Part shown: in pieces, positions 48,694 through 64,000 of the stretch | Layout of the letters: the number at the start of each line of letters is the position of its first letter | Position numbering within the stretch: position 1 is the first letter of the stretch | From: the human T2T-CHM13v2.0 reference genome, Homo sapiens | NCBI RefSeq assembly: GCF_009914755.1 | Contig: NC_060936.1 | Strand: one strand, 5' to 3' | Length of the DNA stretch: 64,000 bases | The notes under the pieces: model-generated | The model's database searches: none | Told to the model about the DNA's origin: nothing | Seen by the model: only the letters and a program-made list of their open reading frames with translations | Position numbers and translations under genes: made by a program

Positions 48694-49809
48694 TTACTTC
48701 TCAGCTTCTGTTGCTGCCCTCCCCTTTGGGGTGTCTTCATTAAACGTGTCCTGAGAGGGAATACGATTGAGTTTGCTCGCCACGTGTCAGTTTAGATGAC
48801 CCACAAACCCCACATTAGATAGGGTTCTCATGATAAGCCACTTCATCCCTTAAATCCAGCCCACATGGCTGTCCTGGGCAGGTACCCGGCCCTATTGGTT
48901 TTGATAGGATAATAAGATCACATCCACAAAGAAAGGTCTGGGGGCATGGCAGGCAGCTGAAAGTTTTTGGACTATCCAGTCTTGCCTAAAATGCAGAATG
49001 TTCTGACTTCAAGGGCTCTCCCTCTGCTGTTGCCTTTTGAGACTGAAGAGTCCTTATTCTTTCTCTGACATTGTTTCTGGTCTTCTCTAGTTCTATTATG
49101 AATTAATTGAGACATAGAAATCAGAACCATATGTATCTTTTTTCCCAGTCTGAATGCATCAAGGTTTCAAGAAAGGAAGATAATCTTTTTCTTTTGTTTC
49201 TAGCACCTTCATGTTGAAGCCTCTCAGAGCATGGTCTAATTTTTTTTACAGGGCATAACAGTCCGTGATGGTACAGCTCCAGTGGATCTTTCTAGTGTCA
49301 TCTACAGACACGTCCCTTGAAAAGCCCTATGTGAGAACCACACTCAATTGTCAGAATGTGGTATAATGTACTCTAATGCCCTCATGCCATTGCTCACGCT
49401 GTGTTTCCCTACTTGAAACGTTTTCCGCTACCCCATGCTTTTGGTATGGCGTTATGATAGAGTGGTTAAAAGCATGGGTTCTGGGGTCAAATAATTATGG
49501 ATTTAAATTCCAGCTCTGCTTGGGCAAGTGTCTTAACCCCTGTGAGCCTTAGTCTCTTTACCTTTCAAGTGGGGATAATCATACTTATCCCCGGGGTTCA
49601 GCACTCAATTAGAGAATGCACATCAAGTGGTCATTGCAATGCCTAAGAGTAAACACTCGGTAAATGTTAATATTTCAAGGCCCAGCTTGGACACCTCTGC
49701 CTTTCCTTTTTCCTTGCTCTCCCTTAAACAAGATCCCCTATTCCCCCATGGCACTGGTCAATTTTTCATCTGGCTACCATAAGCCATTGTACATTAAGTG
49801 ATAAGATAG

Positions 49810-50151
<342 letters not shown>

Positions 50152-50682
50152 TGATCTCTTTTCCCTAATTTCCCACCCCTCTATTCAAACCACTGGTCTT
50201 TTTGTACTAATACCTCAGGAAAAGGACATGGCAGCAGAAAACAAAGAAATGCTGAGACTGTTCCTGGCTTCTTGGTTTCAAAACTCCAGTCCCTTAGGGT
50301 ATCAGAAAGAAGTTATAGATTTGATCTGGGGGAAGGACTATGAGGGACTGTGGCAGCTATGGTCTAAGGGCCAACACCGTTCAGCATTAGCCGATTGTTG
50401 CCGTATAGGACTTTGGGACCATGGCTACCAGAGCCTCCTGCTTTTGAAGAGAAACTAAAAACAATCAGGATTCTTAAAAAGTGAGTATAATATCAAACAT
50501 CACCCATTCGTTGCATTTTTTCTTTCAACTCACTCATTCAACACAAATATATTCAGGAACAACTGATGGGTTAGAAGTTGGAAACACAAAGACAAACAAG
50601 ATAGTTCCCGTACCAAGAGCTCAGTCTGGATAATGAGACACATAAAAAGAGGATATGGCATTGAGTGATAAGTCTTAGGTTA

Positions 50683-51443
<761 letters not shown>

Positions 51444-51658
51444 TTGATAATGGAAAGCAAAGAAGACTTTGGCACAGACAACCAACACACTTGAGCCAAC
51501 CTTGAGATCCTCTGCCATCTATAAATCACTTTCACAGTCCCTTCTAGGCTAGATGCTAAATTGGTTGCAATCTGGTAATGCACAATGATGAGACACAAGT
51601 TGTATCTTGTCTCTGTAATAAGTAAATTGTAAGAACTTCAAAGGCAGGGTTGATTCTA

Positions 51659-51900
<242 letters not shown>

Positions 51901-52949
51901 GAAAATACAAGTACTGAAATTTAAGTAGCTCTTTAGTAAATAAGAATAATTAACCTGGTGCAAGGGTTCTACCTTTATGAGGGAGAAATTGGAAAGCATA
52001 TATGTACTTACAAATTTTCATAACTTTTCTTATCGTTGTAAAATATACATAAAACTTAGCATTTTAACCCTTTAAAATGATGTACAGGTCAGCAGCATTA
52101 AATACATTCACACTGTTGTGCAACCATCACCATTCTCCATTTACAGAACTTTTGCATCTTCCCAAACCGAAACTCCGTACCCATTAATTAATTGGTGCAT
52201 TTTGCCTTGTTTTTTCTAATAGGATTTTTCTTTCTGTTGATTTGTATGAGCTCATTTTAAATTAGAGAGACCAGCCCTTTGTCTTCTGCCAATTTATTTT
52301 TTATTAATTCTATTTGTTGGTGATTTTTTAAAATCTGTTCAGAAAATTAAAAATTTTCCGTGGAATCATAAAATCGTGTTTAGATTATAAAATCCTTTAT
52401 GATTTGACTGTTGCCGTCTTGAAAGTCTTCAACATCTCAATGTTATGAATATCTGCACTTACATTTTCTTCTAAGTTTTTGTTAACATTTCAATATTTAA
52501 TCCACAAAAGATTCACTTACATGTATTTTTTCCCCAAATGGGTAATCAGCTCTTCAAACATTATTTACTGGACAGGCCATCCTTCCCCTACTAACGTAAA
52601 TGTCATCTTTTCATATTAAATTTCTCCATGCGCTGGGTATTTACTCCTACATCTTCCATCTAGTGCTTTTGAGAATTTTCAACACTCTTCCATTACACGC
52701 ATGTACCATCATTTATTTAATCAATCTTCTATTGGTAGGCATTTGGGACGTTTCCTGCTCTTCCATACTAAACAATGCATAGAATTTTGGACTACATTAA
52801 ATAATTCTCTGCCTCAGTGGTTCAAGTTGCGTAAATTATGCGTTTACACTTTTCTTCGGATTACTTTTAAAATGACAACCACTATGTTTTGCTGGTCTCA
52901 ATTACCAGAGAATTGGCAAGAAACCTGACAGCTGGGGCTTAGGATTCCC

Positions 52950-53640
<691 letters not shown>

Positions 53641-54254
53641 GGCACCACAGCCGGCTGTGGGGGTAAAACCAGATCGTCTGAATTCCAAGCTAGTCATCTT
53701 TCCTTTTAACTTGAAGTTCCAGTTTGGGTTGCAGGGGAATTTTAAACGCCCTCAATATTTACTAAAGAATTTGCCTGTGTGTTTTCTGGGGGAGAGACTC
53801 CACAGCTTTCATCAGCTTCTCGGAAGTTAAGGACAGCTGCCCCACAGCGAGCTGCCCAGTGAAGTGCGGCTGTCGACATATTTTGTTATCTGATAAGGCA
53901 CATTTTGTAATCTCTCTGAGCCTCAAAATCTACACTGACGTGGAATAGGGAAGTGGAGACGTGGCCGGAGAAGATAGCAAAGGAGAGATTTCAGGGAAAG
54001 AGAACAGGATACTTGAAACCTCCTCGGCAAGACCATTGGATGTTTTTGAGGAAGGAAAGTAAATCCAGTAGTATTAGAGTGAAGAAAAATAGAGGAGAAG
54101 AGATAAAAGACAGGGTTAAGTAAGGGTCTTGATTATGAAAAGTTTCAATAAACATCTGACAGAGCTTGGACTTTGTCTTGGAGCAGAGCTTTTGAAGGGT
54201 TTAAGCAGGAAAGTGACATGATCAGTAAGTCTATCGGATTATAAGAACCTCCTT

Positions 54255-54541
54255 GGCTAGGCGTGGTGGCCTGTAATACCAGTAGTTTGGGAGGCCAAGG
54301 CGGGCGGATCACTTGGGCTCAAGAGTTTGAGAACAGCTTGGGCGACATGGCAAAACCCTGTTTCTACAAATAATACAAAAATTAGCTGGGTGTGGTGGCG
54401 TGCACTTGTCCCAGCAACTCAGGAGGCTGAGGTGGAAGGATCACTTGAGCCTGGAAGGTCGAGGCTGCAGTGAGCCGTAATTGTGCTGCTGCACTCCAGC
54501 CTGGGTGACTGAGACCTTGTCTCAAGGAAAACAAAACAAAA
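54255..54541 (+). mobile_element. AluJ in POLR3B intron 1
   Basis: J-type right arm ggatcacttgagcctggaaggtcgaggctgcag. Confidence 0.88.
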
Positions 54542-54628
54542 CCTCTTTATAATAGTTTGACAAGTTAAGGAAGTTGAATTAGCAGTTCCAACAGATTCAG
54601 TCTATAAGTGCATGCAATAGGCTGCTGA

Positions 54629-54942
<314 letters not shown>

Positions 54943-57653
54943 GCAAAACTGTATTTTAACCGTGAAAAGTGAATATCAAAGAGCCAGCATTCACTGAGCA
55001 CTTGCTAATGTGCCAGGTTCTGTTTAACCATAACATGCATTATGTTATTTAATCCTCTGAAATAAGTACTATTTTCACCCCCATTTTGCCAGAGAGGCCC
55101 AAAGATGTTAAGTAAATAGCCTTGCATTAGAAGCCTGGTAGTGGCTAATCTGGAATTTGGACTCTTGTCAGTCTGACTCGAGTCTTCATCCCTAACTGCT
55201 ATCGGACCGCTTCTCCAGAGAGCTGAAGAAATAAGCCTGGGAGATTTCTATTTCTTATCTGAATTTACACAGCTATGAAGTGAACAGTGCTATAATTCCA
55301 GCCTTCTGATTGAAGAATAACAGTTCCTCTTCCTGCACTCTGTATCCAATCCACCATCACCTCTAAAAAGTCCTGAGTTCTTAATCTATGCATATCTGAA
55401 ACTTCATTCCCACCGTTTTCCAGCCCAGAACGACTGTCCTCTCTTACTTCCTAACTGGCCTACCTGGCACCTGACTTGTCCCAATCCAGTCTGTTCCTTG
55501 CTCTGCAGCCAGAGCTGTCCGTTTAAACACACAAACATGGTTATGTTGCTCCCTTGGTTAAAGTTCTTCAATCTCTGCCTATTGCTCTTAGGGCAAAATC
55601 TAGTGTTTACCATGTTTGTAATAAATTTCCTCAGTCTGACCAGTGCTTACTTCTCTAGTCTCTTTTCCCATGGTTCCCCCCTCTCCCTCCCCTGAGATCT
55701 TTCTACTCTGCTCAGTTTCTTCTGGATCGCTCTCCCCTTCCTATTTGTAGATTAAATCCCACATATCTATAATATAACTTCCCTAGGAAGGCCTTTCCTG
55801 ATTCTCCCAGAAGATGGTAGATCTCTGCTACTTGCTGCCATTTCCTTTTAAATTGAGATATTAAAATATTTACTTAAACTTTCCAACTTCAGTGTTTTCG
55901 CTGCAACTTTTTCTAGTTAGGAGCTCAGTTTTACTTGAACTGGCCATGCCTGGTGTGTATTTTTTTGTGCTTATGGTAGCACAGCAGCATGGTAGTATGG
56001 TAGAAACAACACAAGCTTTGGAGCCAATTAATCAGTTACTTGTTGAATAAATATTTGTCAGTGTTACTGAGTACTTACCTGGTGGTGTATTATTCACAGG
56101 GTTTATACAAGTTCAAAAAATGTGTTTTCTGCCTCCCAGTGTGTTATAGGCTTATAGAGAGAGACGTGTAAGCAAGTGGAATAACATGCAATAGGTACTG
56201 TGATACAAGTAGGCGAGGGGTATTTTGGTATTACAAATGGTAGCTAGGATGTGATGCCTGAACTGAGTTTGCCAGATGTGGATGAAGTGTGGTGGTGCGG
56301 AAGCATTCCAGATAGAAGGAGGAGGCGTAGGCACAAGTACAGCTGCAAGCACAGCATATGATGTATGCCTCGCTGTGGAGTTAAGACATGGTGAAGAGGG
56401 TGGGGAGGCACTGAAGAGTTGTAGAGAATGAGGTGCTCAGCTGTGCACATGAGGACATGTACACTGGCTTTAGTGCTGAGCATTGAAAGGGACGAGCAGG
56501 AAGAGTAGTAAGGAAGTATTGCCGCAGACCAGCTGAAAGATTATGAGGGCCTCAACTGGCACAGGAGCAGAGGATAAATGCGAGGAAGGTTAAAAGGAGG
56601 TCGACTCAGTAGACTTTTTGTTTTCCTGTTGATTAAGAAGAGTCAGAAAGTTAGGACTCCCGGGTATCTAATTTGGGATTGACTGGGATAAATGGTGATA
56701 TTCATTGAGATTGAGAATGGAGCTGGGGGAAGATTTAATTTTGGACATACTGATCTTAAGTAGCCTCTGAGGCTGTAAGGTATCACTGCCCAGTCAATAG
56801 TTGGAGGGGACAGGCCCATACCCAGTAGCTTACTGCAACAGTGATATTCACTCACTCATTTATTTATTCAGTATTTATTGGAGTCTTTTATGTGCCAGGC
56901 ACTGTGGTAACAGGATAGACAGGGTCACTGCCCTTGAAAGAGCCCACATTTGGAACTGGGGGGCTGTGGGATGAGATGGGGGAAGCTAAACAACACTTTC
57001 AAACAGTGTTGTTTGAAATCCTCCATTCCCAGCCCTACTTGAGAAAAGACATCGCCAGGGATAGAACTTTGAAGAACACCAAAATTTGCAGGGTGGCAGA
57101 GAAAAAGAGGTGTGACAAGGCCCGGCCGGAGGAAGGAAAGACATAAGAGAATGATACCACAGAGTGTTATAAGACAGTGATCGGCATGGCCAAATACTGT
57201 GGAAAGGGAATGTGAGGGGGCATCAAGGGAGGTCTTTTGAAGTAGCAGCCTTGGTGACCTCTGTCGAGCTCTTTCACTGGCAGGTAGGTCAGAGTCCTGA
57301 CTATAACGGAATGAAGGAGTGGGAAGTGAGGAACAGAGAAGCTAAATATGGAGTAATTTGGGAGAGATCGTAAGCTGAAGGGCAGGGAAGAAAGTAGTCA
57401 GAGGAGCTGCTGAGTCAAGAAAGTTTTAAATTTTTTTTTTAATGGGAGGATTTGAATACTCGTTTTAAATAGAACAGGTTGAATATCAAGGACTGAACTG
57501 GGGCAAGGTTTCCAGTCTTCAGGAGAAGGTTGGCAGGATTGTGTCTGTGGCGGAAGGGTTAGCCTTAGACCAAGGAATGGATGGTCCTTCCTTTGAAGTG
57601 GGAGGAAACGAGTATAAGAAGGGGTGTAGAGAGAGGAATTTGAAGATGTGGGA

Positions 57654-58108
57654 GTATTAGCTCATAGGGCTGCCGTAACAAAGTAACCACAAACTAGGTG
57701 GCTTAAACAACAGAAATTTGTTTTCTCATAGTTCTGGAAGTTAGAAGTCTGAGATCAGGGTGACAACAGAGCTGGCTCCTTCTGAGGGCTATGAGAGAGG
57801 ATCTGCTCTGGGCCGTCCCCTACTACAGGTGTTTGCTGGCAATCTTTGGCATCCCTTGGCTTGCAGAAGCTTCACTGAGACCTCTACCTTCATCTTCACA
57901 TGGCATTGTCCCTGTGTGCATCTCTATGTCCAATTTCTCCTTTTTTATAAGGACACCAGTTGTATTGGATTAGGGCTCACCTTAATGACTCATTTTACTT
58001 AATCACCTTTGTCAAGACCCCATCTTCAAAAACAGTCACATTCTGAGATACTGGGGATTAGGACTTTAGCATATGAATTTTGAGAGGGACACAATTCAAC
58101 CTATATCA
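57654..58108. mobile_element. MLT1B/C-type MaLR solo LTR
   Basis: gggctgccgtaacaaagtaaccacaaactaggtggcttaaacaacagaaattt...ggacacaattcaacc. Confidence 0.8.
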
Positions 58109-59183
58109 TTGTCATTCTTCTATTTTTAAATTTAGGTGTAATTTATATAATAAAATGTATGGATACTAGATATTCAGTTACATTGGTTTTATAGTTATGT
58201 GCTCTATGTGGACATTGCATCACCCCAGAAAGTTCCCTTATGACCCTTTTCAGTCTATCCCCCCAAGCACCTTTTGATTTCCGTCATCATAGATTAGCTT
58301 TGCCTGCCTCTCTTGTTTTTGACTATACCCAGGGGTCTGCCACCTTCCCTGGCCACTCCTCGGTCTCCTTTGCTGGAGCTGCCTCCTGCTCCTCCTCTCT
58401 GATTGTTGGATTATTCTTGGTTGGTCTCACTTTGTGGAACTCTTCTCCATCTACATTCCATAGGTGATCTCATCCATCACGTGCCTTTAATTGCCATCCA
58501 CTTGTTAATCTCTTCCTAGTTTATATCTCCAGGCCACTCCATTCCCGAATTCAAGACTCATTTGTTGCCTCCTTGACATTTCCACCTGAATGTCTAATGG
58601 AGATCTCAAGCTTAACACACCCAAACCAAATTTCTAGTAGCCCCTCCACACCTAAACCTGCTATTCCTACAATGTTCCTCGCCTCCATCAATTTTAACTC
58701 TATCCCTCTAGTTGCTCAGGCAATGTAGGAAGCAATCACCATATGTGTCATCCTTCTGTAGCCCTGAGATGAGCTCTGACCAGACAGTAGTTGAGAGAGA
58801 ATGGGAGGGAGAAAGAACTCCCTTTGGGTCTTGAGACCCAGCTCTCCCACCAGACTCTCTGAGCCTTATTTTCCTTTTCTCAAACTGGCAGACTTCACTT
58901 AGGAAGTGTCATGAGAATAAAATAAAGGATTGAAAAGTGCTTAAAATCTTGAGTCATCAGGAAGAGATTAAGTTATATTCTGTTTAGGAAACCTGTAGTG
59001 TATGTATGTATGTGTATACATATTTATATGCATATGCACACATGTGATTTCCATAAAAATGTTTAAAAATTATTCTTTTTGTTTTGATTTACTTTCCTTT
59101 GCTTATTTTGGAACATTAAAATAACTTATGAAAGTACTGTTGCTGGTACAGAGTTCTGATATTCTTCTTGTTTTGGCTCACAG

Positions 59184-59216
59184 GAAAAATGGAGGCTGCT
59201 TCCAGCATTTTTAAAG
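59184..59216 (+). CDS. POLR3B: POLR3B exon 2: EKWRLLPAFLK
   Basis: Acceptor ggctcacag|, donor AAG|gtaatt; 33 nt; KW.LLPAFLK is the conserved RPC2 motif. Confidence 0.95.
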
Positions 59217-59711
59217 GTAATTGTTTCACATTTAATAATAATTGGTTATTTTTCAGATGAAAAAGTCAAGAAATAAGCCATTTTTTAAAGATTAAATTTT
59301 TGTCATCAACATTTTTTGATTTTGTATAGCTGTGTTTGGAAATACAAGGAATTATAAGGTAAAATCCCTGCCTGAAAGGTGCTGGTTTGGAGAGTGGTAG
59401 TCTAATTTTAGAGAGAAGTAGTAGTACATGCACAGTAGCATGGCACATGATTAAAAACCAAAGTGCTATCAGCAAAAGAGCAATGGTCAGAGAGGGCCAC
59501 CCAAATGAAGTGAGACATAAACCACATCTTAAGAGAAGAAGGTTTAAGCCTGAAAGCTGGGTGCAGAGAGCGTGGCTCAATCAAGGTGTTCAAGAGGAGC
59601 CTCCACAGAGTCTGCAGGAAATAGCGACCAGTCAAGAGGAGCTGCTGAATATGATATGATGTGGTGTCGGGCTTCAATTCAATTTCCAAGAGCTTATGCT
59701 AAGAAGTAATG

Positions 59712-60155
59712 AGTACCACAGTGAGAGACCACTTGGCACCCGCTAGGATAGCTATAATCAAAATCAAATGTTAATAAGGGTGTGGAGGAATGGGAACTAT
59801 CATGCTCCACTGGTGGGAACGTAAAGTGTTATAGCCACTTTGGAAAACAGGCTGTCAGTTTCTCAAATGGTTAAACAAAAAGTTACCACATCCTCCAGCA
59901 ATTCCACTCCTAGATATCTGTCCAAGAGACATGAAAACATGTGTCCATGCAGAAACCTGTACACAAATGCTCATAGCAGTATTATTCATAATAGCCAAGA
60001 GTGGAAACAACCCAAATGGCCATCAGCTGCTGGATGGATACACAAAATGGGATGTATCTGTGCAACAGAGTATTATTTGGCAATAAAAAGAAAGCAGGTA
60101 CCCGCTGCAACATGGACGAATCTTGAAAGCATTGTGCTAAGTGAAAGAATGGAGA
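59712..60155 (+). mobile_element. Old L1 (L1MB-like) ORF2 3' fragment
   Basis: ccagcaattccactcctagatat...tggaaacaacccaaatggccatca; ORF 59840-60160 is decayed L1. Confidence 0.8.
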
Positions 60156-60167
60156 CTTGAAAAATGA

Positions 60168-60561
<394 letters not shown>

Positions 60562-60704
60562 TCAGGGCCAGTTTCCTGATCAGATTTGAAAGCCGTGTTA
60601 AGGATTTGGCTTTTCTTCTAAAAGCCGTAGGAAGCTATTGAGGAGTTTCTAAGTTGGGGAGTGACCAAGAATCAAATAAAATGGTCGTAAGGTCAAGAAG
60701 TTTC

Positions 60705-60833
60705 TTTTTCCCCCTAAGAGACCAGGTCTTGCTACATTGCCCAGGCTGGATTTGAACTCCTGAGTTTGAGTGATTCTCCTGCCTCTGCCTCCCGAGTAGC
60801 TGTGACTGTAGGAATGTGACACCTTGCCTGGCC
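60705..60833 (-). mobile_element. Alu monomer (FLAM-like)
   Basis: Short antisense monomer. Confidence 0.7.
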
Positions 60834-60885
60834 TTTTTGTTATTTTTTAAAAGGAGCTGCACATAAATGGAGAAGAAGGTGCTGG

Positions 60886-61547
<662 letters not shown>

Positions 61548-61830
61548 TATATTCATGTACTCATATTTTGATTTCCGAGAGTCAGATTGCTTCTCAAGGA
61601 GGAAAACTCTCGAGGATATGCTAGTAAGACGATGCAGAAATGGAATGAGAATGCATTAATGAAAAGATTTATTAAATAAAATTCATGGATTATTTTTCTC
61701 ATTTTGATTTTGATAAAAATTTGATGTTCACCTATTATTAGATTCCATTATATGATCTATTATTTGAGCATATCATCAGTACTCTTTGCACTTTTGCTAA
61801 CCTGTTTACTTTCTCTTTCTATCTGTTTAG

Positions 61831-61887
61831 GTGAAAGGCCTTGTGAAACAGCATATAGATTCATTTAACTATTTCATTAATGTAGAG
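61831..61887 (+). CDS. POLR3B: POLR3B exon 3: VKGLVKQHIDSFNYFINVE
   Basis: Acceptor tctgtttag|, donor GAG|gtaagc; 57 nt; GLV.Q..DSFN.F motif of RNA polymerase second-largest subunits. Confidence 0.96.
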
Positions 61888-61891
61888 GTAA

Positions 61892-62038
<147 letters not shown>

Positions 62039-62135
62039 TAAGGAACCAACATTCTTAATTTGCTATGTGGGTTACATCTAACATTTTTTAAAGTGAGTGA
62101 AGTTGCTATCAAAACTCTTTTAAAATCATTGTCTT

Positions 62136-62440
62136 GGCCAGGCTCGGTGGCTTATGCCTGTAATACCAAGCACTTTGGGAGGCCGAGGTGGGCAAATCAC
62201 CTGGGGTCAAGAGTTCGAGACCAGCCTGGCCAACATGGTGAAACCCTGTCTCTACTAAAAATACAAAATTAGCCAGGCGTGGTGGTGCACATCTGTAATT
62301 CCAGATACTCAGGAGGCTGAGGCAGGAGAATCGCTTGAATCTGGGACGGGGAGATTTCAGTGAGCTGAGATTGTGCCACTGCACTCTATCTTTTACAGCA
62401 GAGTGAGACTCTGACTCAAAAAAATAAAAAATGAAAAAAT
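62136..62440 (+). mobile_element. AluS in POLR3B intron 4
   Basis: TSD aaatcattgtctt. Confidence 0.92.
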
Positions 62441-62551
62441 AAATCATTGTCTTTTATTAACTATAAAGTGCTCAAATTAAATTTTTAACTGGCAAATTAT
62501 AGTGAGCTATGGTTGGGAAAATTTTGAAACTATTAGGTTTTAAATATTTAA

Positions 62552-64000
62552 ATTTTTATTTTGAAATAATGTTAAGCTTAAAAGAAAAATTGCAAAAGTA
62601 GTACAAAGAATTCTTCAATATTTTTCACCAAGCCTTCACTGATATTAACATCTTACATAACCATAGCACAATGATCAAAACCAGGAAGTTAGCACAGATA
62701 CGATGTTGTCTACTAATCTGTAGACCTTATTTGATGTTTTCTCACAAATGTCCTTTTTCTGGTGTAGGAATCAATCCAGAGCTCCGTGTTATGTTTAGTT
62801 GTCTTGTATCCTTAGTCTCCTCAATCTTTCTTGGTCTTTCATGACATTGACACTTTTGAACAATCTAGTCAGTATTTGTAGAAGTTCCTTTAATTTGAGT
62901 TTGTATGACGTCTGATTGGGTTATACATTTTTGGCAAGAATACCACAGAAGCAATGTTTTATGCTGTTCTCACTGATTCGTATTGGGGTTACAGATGCCA
63001 ATATATTTTATTACTAATGATTTTAACTTTGTTCACTTGATTAAGGTAGGATCTTCCAGATTTCTCCACTGAAAGGTTACTATTTTTCCTTTTGTAATTA
63101 ATAAGTATCTTATAGGGACATTCTTTGAGACTATGCAAATACCGTTTCTCATCATAATTTCACCAACAGTTTTAGCATACATTGATGATTCTTACCTATA
63201 ACAGTTATTATTGTGGGCTTATCTAATGGTGAACCTTTATTTCTATCATTCCTTCTGCAGTGATACTGGAATTCTGTACAGAATAGTTTCCTTTTCCCCT
63301 CACATATCTCTCTATATTAATTTATATCAATTTGGACTCATGGATGTTTTATTTTATTCTATGAGTACTATCATATATATATATCCAGTCCTGTCATTTT
63401 TCTGTTGTTCAGACTGTTTCAGCTTTGACCATAGGGAGACCCTTCAGATTGACTCTGGTGTCCTTTCAAGATGCCACCATTATTTTTTGAGCACTCCTTT
63501 GCTTTCTTGGACCGTAAGATATGGTTCATCTGGTATGCCCCCATCCCAGATTGGGAATCCAAGGAGCCCTAGAGTCTCCCTTTTATTGGAAAATAGTATT
63601 TAGATTCCAAGACATGGACACTAAGATTTCAGCAGGTAGAGCTCAGAAATATGTGTATGTATACGAACACATATGTGCAGACACATCTGTATTTCTTTAT
63701 CCTATCCATTTTTACATATATTAAAAACCATGCAGACTGATACCTCCAATTTCAGTTCGACACTGCAGGACTCATTCTAACCTTTTCCCTTTCCTTATTT
63801 AACTTTTATCCCAATAATGAGAAATCTGGCTCCCATTATCTGCAAAATTTAAAAAAAAATTTTTCAATCCTAGACTATAAATAAAGTTTCAGAATTATTA
63901 ACTCATACCTCTGAGAGATAAAATTTACTAGAGTGTAGGATTTGTGCACTGTCGTTTTTATCTTTAGCCTCTCAATGTCCAATCAAAATATTGTCTCCCA
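62552..64000 (-). mobile_element. Old L1 (L1MC4-like) 3' region
   Basis: ttttattttgaaataat...gaaaaattgcaaaagtagtacaaagaattc...; ccagatttctccactgaaaggttactattttt. Confidence 0.7.

Overview
Human (primate) genomic DNA, Alu/L1/L2/MIR-rich, carrying two tandem + strand protein-coding genes. (1) TCP11L2 (T-complex protein 11-like 2): all nine coding exons are present (6376-41833). Splicing them at the visible boundaries gives 1560 nt, a continuous 519-aa ORF. The non-coding first exon lies upstream of the window, and the intron after the third coding exon uses a GC-AG donor. (2) The CpG-island promoter and first four coding exons (codons 1-76) of POLR3B (RPC2, second-largest subunit of RNA polymerase III), which runs off the right end. 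From recall this is the 12q23.3 locus. Almost all other ORFs in the track are Alu/L1/LTR-derived or chance ORFs. I find no convincing new multi-gene biological system. The most unusual structures are: two AluYb8-type elements of atypical build (a chimeric three-arm element and an internally deleted monomer 1.4 kb upstream of POLR3B); a 36-bp near-identical doublet 3.1 kb apart that looks like a templated insertion; a MER6 transposon carrying a V-SINE core; candidate intronic-polyadenylation isoforms of TCP11L2; and a uORF-gated route to an N-truncated RPC2. Repeat subfamily names are from motif recognition by eye and repeat boundaries are approximate.
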